Under the pieces are notes generated by a model, which saw only the letters and a list, made by a program, of their open reading frames with translations, had not been told where the DNA came from and did no database searches. A DNA stretch of 61,236 bases, counting the filler, from Platydemus manokwari (Eukaryota), in the NCBI GenBank assembly GCA_037951405.1. It is 6 parts of 6 records of this genome, joined end to end, with 100 filler letters (N's around TTAATTAATTAA, not from the genome) between each part and the next. Parts side by side here need not be neighbours in the genome. Positions count along the whole stretch, not along the records: positions 51,913 to 61,236 come from JBBMOY011264651.1; 5 more parts are not named here. The stretch is one strand, 5' to 3'. Made by a program: the position numbers and the translations under genes. Positions 51,982 through 61,236 of this stretch are shown here, in pieces. Every line of letters begins with the position of its first letter. Within the stretch, counting starts at the first letter, position 1.

Positions 51982-52409
51982 TATATAAACACTATCTAGG
52001 TGATATACGAGTTTGATTCCCACCTTGACCTTATGGATTTTTAATTCTTCAAACTTAGACATTTTTTAAAAAAAAATTTCTGATAAGGGGATTTATTTCT
52101 AAAATTGTTTACTATAAGATTAACAAAAAAAGGGAAAGATGCATAATAAAATATATTGGCTATTTTTTAAAAAATTAAAACAGTATTGAATGAATACTTG
52201 CAGATTTTGCTTAGTGAAGAAAGTTCGTTGTGGGAACTATATATATATATATATATATATATCGTACTTTTGTTTATTAAATTTATTCTTGATCAATAAT
52301 TTTATACAATTTCCTAAACACCTCTCCGTTAGATCGATGTTTTTAATTGATTATCACTCTTATGGTCGAAGATTAAAAATAACATCATTGGCAAGGAATT
52401 AAATAAATA

Positions 52410-54262
52410 ACGGAACCTTTGATGAATGCCAAGTTCGGTTAGTTCGAACATGTGCTTTACCATCATATGAAATAAAAGAGATTTTCATAAAAAATTCGCA
52501 GTCAGAAAATGTTTAAAATTTATTGACCGTAAATTCTGTTATATTTTATTTCCAAGGTCTGATAAATCATCTTTATTAATATCTGGCTAAGAATGAGCTT
52601 ACTTTTCACTAAATAGATGAGTTAAAATGGATTTCTTTCTGAAGATCACCCCGACCACACTAGAATCAACTCTTTCTTTCATAATATATACCTTATTTCG
52701 ATTCCTGAATTCGACATCTTTTAGAATACTTTCATCCGAAAAACAGGTCATCGTATAGGAATATTCAATATCTTTAGTGATCTACTTTATATTAATAATA
52801 TCTTTTACAAATTGCTACTTACATTCTCCACACAATGATCATATTCAACAATTCTTTTAGCTAATTTTTGAATATTAGAATCCTTAGAGATCTGTCATTA
52901 TTATTATTATTTGTATTATTATTATTAACAATGTCTTACCATCAATGTATTATACGGTAAATATTTTGAATTCAAGTGAGGCTTCATTAATTCTGATTCT
53001 CCTAACTCTCGAATAGTCTCAATCCGATGTTGAATAAATGGGATAGTTAGAAACGAAGTTAAATCAGCTGAAAATTCTATTTTATAATGCAATATATAAT
53101 TTCCAGATTTTAACCTGAATAAGAGCTATAGAGGATAAAAGAAAATATCCACCAAAGAGCCAATGTGGTTCTTGCAGATAAACAGTATGGATAAAAATCT
53201 TGACCTTAAAAAGATATATTTATTTGTGATTAAAATTTTTACTCACCTTGTTGAAGGAATGATCCAACGACACTCAGTAAGTTTTCAGTGAACTTCACTT
53301 CATCTGTAACAGCAAAATCCAATTTCAGATTCCATGCAGACAAAGGACTACATGATGAAAATGCCTTCAAGATTATCCCTATGATCAGACCTACTGACAG
53401 TAGGATTAACCAAACTGGTAATGTGAAAGGACTGAAAAATAAATCCAAATGGAATACTATCGAGAATATACGATGCGTGATTGTCGAATGTGAGTTTATA
53501 ACTTTTTCTGTTAATCTAATTTACCGTAAAATGCTCCATAATTTCGAAGATGGCTTTGGTAAACGTTGAAGTATCATTAGATTGTCTTCCATAACTGGTA
53601 CAGCAAAGTCAGCTACTTCTTTCCGAATTGCATTATAAGTGAATAGACTTGTTCCCATATCCACTCTCTGAAAGCCAAGAATGAAATGCTTATAATTGAA
53701 TTAAATAAACTTACTCCACCTTGGACTTGTTTTATGCATTCTGGATAGGAATAATGGTTCATTTTATGGATAATTAAGCTGAAAAGTATTACATTATGTT
53801 ATAAAACATTATATTTAAGAGAAAATTAGTGAATAGAAGATCTCATGAAATCATATAATAGAATTATTAATAATTAGTATTGGTTATTAAAGTAATACAG
53901 ACGAGTTAGGTTGATATCAGATAGCTTAATATCATTTAAAATTGATGTACTATGAATTATTAGTAATTTATTTAGATGTATATCACTTTATTAAATACCA
54001 CGTCAAAAAATGAGATTAAATTTGGTTTGGTGGATTGATGGTGAAAATATTTCATAATTTGAGAAAATCAGGTTACAATTCAAAAAAATAATAGTTAAAG
54101 ATGAAAATGAAAATAACTATTCGTAATAAGTAAATTTAAGATTCAAAATTTCTTGGATTTAGTTTGAAATTATTTTTACCAGATTTTAGCAAATTTCCTT
54201 GATATAAATAAATCATTATTTTCCTTCAATCGCACGAGATGGTGTTGCTGAGCACAGCTGTA
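52410..54262 (-). CDS. Ionotropic glutamate receptor / variant ionotropic receptor (IR)-like subunit, multi-exon, partial
   Basis: Spliced translation: S1 RVDMGTSLFTYNAIRKEVADFAVP, M1 LWSILRPFTLPVWLILL, pore VVGSFLQQGQDFYP, M3 SARTTLALWWIFSFILYSSYSADLTSFLT, S2 IETIREL...VGVIFRKKS...MFELTELGI. M4 and the N-terminus are not resolved. Confidence 0.88.
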
Positions 54263-54734
54263 TGTATAATTTGACTATTAGAATTTATGATAATTATATG
54301 GGATTTTAGTTTACGAAACTTATTAACATAGTCTTCGTTTTGTATAAATATTGAGTTGAAACTTGAATTTTGAAAGAAAGCTTAATCTGGAGTTTTCAAC
54401 TAATTATTGAAAAATATAAAAATTCACTTTGCTCATAAAAGCCCTTCTTCATTGCATTAACAGCCGATTTCTTTCTGTATTGCAGTTTTGATGTTAATAT
54501 TAAGAAACAAAATTAAATAAAATGGTATCATCAAATTAAAAAATAATAGAATTTATATTTTATTAAATCCCTGATTTTTTGTTTTTTATCATAATTTTAT
54601 TATTAATTCGATGATATTAATAGATTTTTCGCATCATCATAGTGAGTTTCACGTTTTTAATAAATTAATTTATATTTATCATAAAAGTTTAAATTAAGAT
54701 AAAATAACATTTGTAATATTAATAATAAGTTTTT

Positions 54735-54960
54735 GGCTAAGTTAAGAAAAAGGGTCCTTTGACCTACTTTCATTATAATGAATTTTCGAGCATGATTTAA
54801 TTTTATAACTTATTTTTATACATAATGTTTGATTTATTCTTATAATTTAGTTAATATCTCATTTTTTAAAATGTCTAATGGTGTAAATACTGTTTTCAAA
54901 CCAAGTTCCCATTCTAATCACAACACTTCTATCTGATTATTTGAGTTTTTAAATTTAATT
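54735..54960 (-). mobile_element. MITE-like element, partial inverted copy
   Basis: Starts GGCTAAGTTAAGAAAAAGGGTCC; about 225 bp align in reverse complement to 58805-59040 (e.g. AAACCAAGTTCCCATTCTAAT). Confidence 0.75.
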
Positions 54961-57900
54961 TTTTTTAATTATAAATCGATTTAGTTAACTTCTAATTTTA
55001 TAAAACAATTGTAAAAATTGAGAATATTTTTAATTTCCTTTACGCTTAGTTTTGTCAAAAAATTAAAAATTACGAAAAAATTATCACAGTAAATTTTTTG
55101 TTAGTGAATTTCGAGTAGCCGGTGTGCTAGTTTATTATTCAAATTAAATATTAAAATTACTACTGATATGCCAACAACCTAAATGTACTATACTTTCATT
55201 GGCATTGCTGAAAATATTATTATAAAAACAAAAATACAAATATTACCTCAGATTAATTTCAGATTAGTTTGAAATTGTTGTTTCGCAAGCCAATGAATTT
55301 TCTTAAAGAAGAAACAAACTGTTCTTTTCTGTTCACGCACGAAAGCAACTTTAAAAGAAACCTTATAAATCCGTAAAACAGACAACATTTATAAGACGAT
55401 TCTGATTTTTTTTTTAATTTCTTGGTATCTCGCAGTCATCCGCTGACATGAGGCTAATGCATATTATCGTGTGCCTATTGATTGAAGATCCTCATTTTCA
55501 TTTTAAAGCCGATTCAGTAACGATATCTAGAAACAACTGATCACATAGTTTTATTGTTTGGTTTGGTTTTTGTCAAAAACTTGCAATTCCATTCGTCTCA
55601 TCGTGACGACGAATGAGTTCATTGAGATTCGTAAAGTGAACAACACAGATGACACACAAATTTATTAATGACATCGCCGTTACATAATTGCAATTCAATA
55701 AATGCACTTACGTTGAGAGATTGATTTAAAAATACGATAAATAATTAAAATTTATATTAGATTAAAATTATAAAAAAAAATTTAAAAATTATATTAAAAA
55801 ATTATTAAAATTATGAAAAGTAATTTTAAATAAAAAATAAAAATTTAATACAAAATATGAGCATTTTTATTTTTTAAAAAAAGAAGATAAATCAGATGGA
55901 AACCAATTTTAATATTTTTTGTATTGTTGGAAACATGTCTTTTGATTTGGATATTAAAAACGAAAAAGTCTTAGCAACTAACACACATGAAACTGATTCA
56001 AACTATTAATTTTATAAATCATAGAACTTCCAAAAACTCCAAAACAGTTTTTCAATATTTGCCAATATATTTACTTTAATATCACACATTGATCATCATT
56101 CTGTAAAAAGGCGGTTAATAAATCACTTAAAACTAAGTCCCGAGTTCATTTTGATCGTTTCTAACAATCCATATTCTCGAAATTAAATTCACCTCAAATC
56201 GTCATATCAATTTAGATTTTTTATAATTCTCATCAAAATAACTCTCCCATTTATATTATTCCAAGGCTGTCGTTTTGATAAGCAAATAAAAATTAGTAGG
56301 ATAAATGTCTATCAAGCTTGTGTATCAATAATTTTTTATTTATTTTTATTAATATATACATTTTTTGCATTAAACCTAGGATGCTCAATTTAAAAATCAA
56401 TTTATGTTTAGACAATTCATCTCGACCACTCATTAATTTAAAATATTTAGTTTTTTCTAATATTCTTGCCATAACCGGCTCAATAAATTAATTCATGTTC
56501 ATTTACTCTGGTATGATTTTGAAGATTTATTCTATAAGCTAGAAACGATTATATCGAAACAAAATATCAAAATCTCCAAATTTAGCATGTAAGTTAATCT
56601 TATTGCTCGAAGTTTGAGAGTATTAATCAAATTAGAGGGAATTTAACGAATGATTAAATTAGATCACATTAAAGTAGTTTAAAAAATATCAACAAAGATT
56701 GTAAAAAGAATTTTATTTATAGTACTAATTTATTATAATATTTCTTTGATAAGATATATCCAGAGATAGACAATTGATACATTATGTATATTCATATATT
56801 GAGTGTGGATCTGTGATGCTGCGGCTATGCTTCATTTTTCTCTGATTTTCAAAGGTCCTATGGGGTTTTGTTTTTAGTGAGTTAGAATATTACATTCACG
56901 AGACTTAGACTTTAGGTTGGATATTTTTAGGTCTTCAAAGGATTTTTCTATTTGTTTAATCGATGTACATCTCAACAGTTTTTGTGTTGAATTTAAAAAA
57001 ATTTTGAGTTATGATTTATTGGCTGAATATTTTGTATGACTTCCAGATATGATTTGTCAAACTATATGTCTGTCGTATATATAATCAAGACTATAATTAT
57101 TATAACTGTAATTATTTATTTTAATTATTATTATCATTCTTGTTATTATTATTGTTATTAATATTAATCTTATTTTTATTTATAGTTTAAATGTAAGCTA
57201 GGATTTATTGTAATTATCATTGTCTTCTGAGCAGTCCCCAGGTCCATATATTCGTAATCCTTTTTCAAATAAAGAAAAACATATAAAAGGGATTATTTTC
57301 TTACTATAAACATTTTATCAATAAAAATTTCTTGTAAAGGTAAAGGCATACACTGGAAAAAAATTCAAAATGCCTACGAAACCATTTTTTGTTATGTTTC
57401 TTGATAGGTAACAAAACAAAACCAAAATTTTATAGAATATGAATTCTCTATAAAATTGTTACATCAAATCTGATAAACCTAACTAATCTTCTATTTATTG
57501 ATATCTATAAAATTCTGAAGCTGTTAGAGTGTGATAAATGCGATACGGGAATTCATAGAAATATAGTTATTTATACCATATACTAATTAAAAGAAAAAAG
57601 GATTTTTTGTCAAATCTGCATCTATTCTCGAGTTCAATAAATATCATAATAATTTTGGAATTTACCGAATCTGTTCTTTGCCAAAGAAAATAAATTTGCT
57701 GGTTTTATTACCATAATCCAATAAATTACATCCATGAATTCGTTAGAGGATTTACCACTCTATCCAATGATGATTTATAACCATTAATGGACGTACAATA
57801 TCATTATTTGCAAACTAAGTTAATATTCGATATTTGGGACACCCATCTAGTGAGAAATTTACTGCCAAAATCAACCCAACAAATTATAAATTGATTATTT

Positions 57901-58533
57901 TTTTCGTTCCAATATTTTGGTCGATTCACGTCGCATTGAATGAGGCTGTGTTGAGATTAAAATTCTCAAACTTGCCATCTGTCAGAAATTCATTGGAAAC
58001 AAAAACCCTTCATTATTAATTCCAGTGATAATATTAAATGATTGCTGTTTCCATAAAAATCGATAGATTCTCTATTTTTGTTTCTTGTATAAAAATAAAT
58101 TATTTATTTTTTATTTTTAATTCTTGCTCACATCAAGATTGTGAATATTGATTTCGATTTTTGACTTCAGAACGAAATAGAGAATAAATTAAATTGAAAA
58201 TATTGTTTTTGTTAGATAGAGATTAATTTTTATAGGTGTTGATTGATGATGACATAATCACTACACCAGACGAAAAATATTGTTATGTACCATTAATTTT
58301 TCAATTGAGATATTTCCGGATTTATCTGTTAATTAAATTTAAAACATTGCTTACTAATAACATAGCAGTATAAATTGTTTTTTTGTATATAATTTAATTG
58401 ACAACAAAATTACAATAATAAACATATTTTACAAAATAATACATTTTGCTGACTTAAAATTGAATTCAGGAAAAATTTCAAATATTAATTTTTGATTATT
58501 TTATTAACCTGATAAATTTCTTTATAGAAATTT

Positions 58534-59040
58534 GGCTAAAGTTAAGAGAAGGGGTCATAAAATAAAATTTTTAATTTGCTGAATGTATTGCAAAAATCTT
58601 TATAGTTTGTTAAATTATATCCTTTAAAAACATTTCGAATTTTTTATTGAAGTACTCAAGAAGAATTTTAGTTGTTTGAAATCAAATTTTAAATACGCTA
58701 GGGCTTAAAAATATCTCAAAATTTGTTTATTTGAAAAAGGGATCAAAGTAGGTCGAATTGCAATTTACTAAACATTAGCGAGGATTCCTAACTAGCTCAA
58801 TTTATGATTTAAATCTAAAAAATCAAATAATCATATAGAAGTGTTGTAATTAGAATGGGAACTTGGTTTAAAATATATGTTTTGTCTCTCACAGACATCC
58901 CAAAAATGAGATATTAGCTGAATTATATGAATAAATCAAGCATAACAGCTATCTATAAAATTAAATTATAAAATTATCTCATGTGCGAACATTAATTATA
59001 AAGAAAGTAAGTCAGAGGACTCTTTTTCTTAACTTAAGCC
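58534..59040 (+). mobile_element. MITE-like element, 507-bp copy with ~23-bp TIRs
   Basis: Left GGCTAAAGTTAAGAGAAGGGGTC, right GACTCTTTTTCTTAACTTAAGCC; flanks GAAATTT / GACATTT; no coding capacity; homologous copies elsewhere in the window. Confidence 0.8.
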
Positions 59041-60543
59041 GACATTTTAATGATTTTAAAAACATTATATTTGATTTCATTCAGAATGAAATGATAATTT
59101 GAATTTTTAAATATTAAAACAATTTGATTGATACTTTTGAAAACTGGACCTAAACTTCGTGGAATTGAATTGCTTTGTAGAGTTTTATTTTTAAAAATAA
59201 TCACGATTTTATATCCATATGGTTGCTAGTATAAAACATTTTCATCATTAAAATGAAATATTCGGAATTAATTTTTTGATTTCATAAGTGAACTGCTAGT
59301 TAACAACAAATCTATTTTATAAATTTATAAATTAAAGTTAAGAAAATGAAAAAAATAATTTAAACTCTAATTTCAAGATAGGTCTCATGATCCCCTTTGA
59401 AAATTCAGTATAACTCCAACTATTTTAAAAATTACTTTTTATAATTTGATTTTCTTTTTAAAACTCTTGATTATTAATGATAGTTGTCTGTAATTTGGTG
59501 GGATTAAAATTATTCGTTATATTTGAAGACAATTTATCTTTTCTATCGATGATTGGCTGTAATAAATTAAGATGATTACTGAAATAATGTCGATTTCATT
59601 ACAAAGATCACGAATTACTTTGTCCCCAATTTCTCATCAGTTGACATTGTTCTGTCTAAAATTGAAATTTCTAATTAAACGATTTCCGAATCCATTAACG
59701 TTAGGAACCATGTAGAAGAAACAAACAAAAATACTTATTCCTTTCGTGGAGCTGACTGGGAAAACGTGTGAAAAAAAATCAATCATGACAATATTAGTCT
59801 GGCTCCTAGATATGGTTGACCGATAACTATGGATTTATAAGTTGAATTTTCAATGAGAAAAGGTGCTTTACTAGCTAATGACGGATTTCCTATAGGCTTG
59901 TTGACGAAACCTGAATTATTCAAGGAGAAAATATGTCTATTATCGTACAAACAATGATAATGTATTAATGCACTTTAGTTAATTAACTTACCTCAAGGAT
60001 TGCAAATTAAGTGTTGATAATTGAATTAATTTGATTAAAAGCTTTAGGTCATACTTTAATGGAAGTTTAATAATCGCTCCAAGGCAGCAATTGTAGCAGA
60101 CTTAACTTGGGTCATCATCTAGCGATATTATCAAGTTTTGTAGAAATTGGTATTTCATAACAATAGAATAATTAAATTATATATTATGTATAAAATAATT
60201 GAAAAAAAATTATAAATTAATAAATTCAGATGAACGAAAATTCGAGCAGATCTTGTCTTTTAAGTATCACTTAGAATGTTAATTTATTTGATTATTATCA
60301 ACACTTATCTCTAATGTTTTTAATTATAAATAAATATTTAATATATTATCATTTAATTATATTTTATTATTAACAACTAAACTCATTGAAGAAAGCTGAA
60401 ATATTGTGACCTCATGACATATCTTAGTATCTCATGTTAAAATCAACCTATTTTTGACATCTGTAGAGACTGTCATTGTTTTCCGTTCTAGTAGAGAACC
60501 AGAATTGTGAGTGCATCAATCAATGATGTATTCAGTTCTCTAC

Positions 60544-61035
60544 TTAAATATTTAATAACAAATTTTTTTCAAAATTCTGACTTTTGTTGGAATGAACGAT
60601 ATAAGAGTGGCATCGTTTATTTTTTTTTAAATATCTGCAATTGGTTCCAAGAAGTTTGATGATTGGAACATATTTTTGAAAACAGAAAACCATGTCAGCA
60701 GAACAATTCAGTCGGCAGATCAAAGGCGAAACCTTTCGAACTTTAATTAATCTAATTCTTTCAATGTATTTAATAGTGTTTTCATCGATGAGTTTCTTCA
60801 AAGATTTAAACAAATATTCGGAGGTGATGACTTCTTTATTGGTCAATTTAAACTCACTTCTTGAATGAACATAGGTTGATCTTTTGGTTTCAATATCATT
60901 TCCTTTGGAATTCGATTTAAATCAACAACGCAACAGGTTTCTTTTAATTTCTACATCACTAACTTGATTTAGTTTAGTAATTCCAAGTCAATTTTAAAGG
61001 TTTCATTATTCTCCTCTGGACCGGAAACTCTAATT
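60544..61035 (-). mobile_element. Possible LINE ORF1-like remnant
   Basis: IRVSGPEENNE resembles the N(I/L).I.G(L/I)PE motif and IERIRLIKVRKVSPLICRL resembles R.G....RPII.RF of CR1/L1-type ORF1; the two are separated by stops. Confidence 0.3.
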
Positions 61036-61162
61036 TATAATTTATTAAATAGATTTGAGTGAATATTGAAATTCATGTCATTTCCACCCACGACAAATAT
61101 TTTCAAATTTATTAATTTATTTGCAATCGATAAAATTAATCATTGAAGTTGTTTAAAAATAT

Positions 61163-61193
61163 TATTAGGTGTATTAGTATGATTCCGGCTTTT
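61163..61193 (+). mobile_element. Mariner-type TIR (element body beyond window end)
   Basis: TATTAGGTGTATTAGTATGATTCCGGCTTTT, exact inverted match to 51951-51981. Confidence 0.7.
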
Positions 61194-61236
61194 TTTTTAA
61201 AAACAAAAACATTTTTTAAAATATTTATTTAATGAA

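Noticed and set aside
52005-52030. tRNA T-loop-like GAGTTTGATTCCCACC
   Set aside because: No acceptor, D or anticodon stems can be formed.
49404-54262. GPCR plus ionotropic receptor as a chemosensory cluster
   Set aside because: They are on different contigs separated by an artificial spacer.

Overview
Very AT-rich eukaryotic (metazoan, probably invertebrate) draft-genome sequence. It is not one locus: six contigs of about 9-13 kb are joined by artificial 100-nt spacers (44 N + TTAATTAATTAA + 44 N), so adjacency across spacers carries no biological meaning. Supported host genes: a roughly 25-exon RIF1 orthologue (+, 9168-16924, mostly 45-65 nt introns), a convergent orphan gene (-, ~18459-19384), an intronless divergent class A GPCR (-, 49404-50342), a multi-exon ionotropic glutamate/IR-like receptor with an altered gating motif (-, ~52400-54260) and a probable single-pass membrane protein terminal exon (+, 46778-46972). 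The rest is mostly decayed transposons: two Ty3/gypsy remnants, two mariner remnants, a NeSL/R5/Utopia-like restriction-endonuclease non-LTR element with hairpin-rich UTR-like segments, a 649-bp Merlin (IS1595-like) element with perfect TIRs and an 8-bp TSD, an apparently unnamed GG-terminal MITE family, mariner-type TIRs at four contig ends, and micro/minisatellites. I found no convincing new multi-gene system, CRISPR array, rRNA or tRNA. The best leads are the RLE element and its structured RNA, the Merlin and MITE families, the receptor gate variant and the shortened RIF1 C-terminus. All family calls rest on motif recognition by eye, not database searches, and exon boundaries are approximate.
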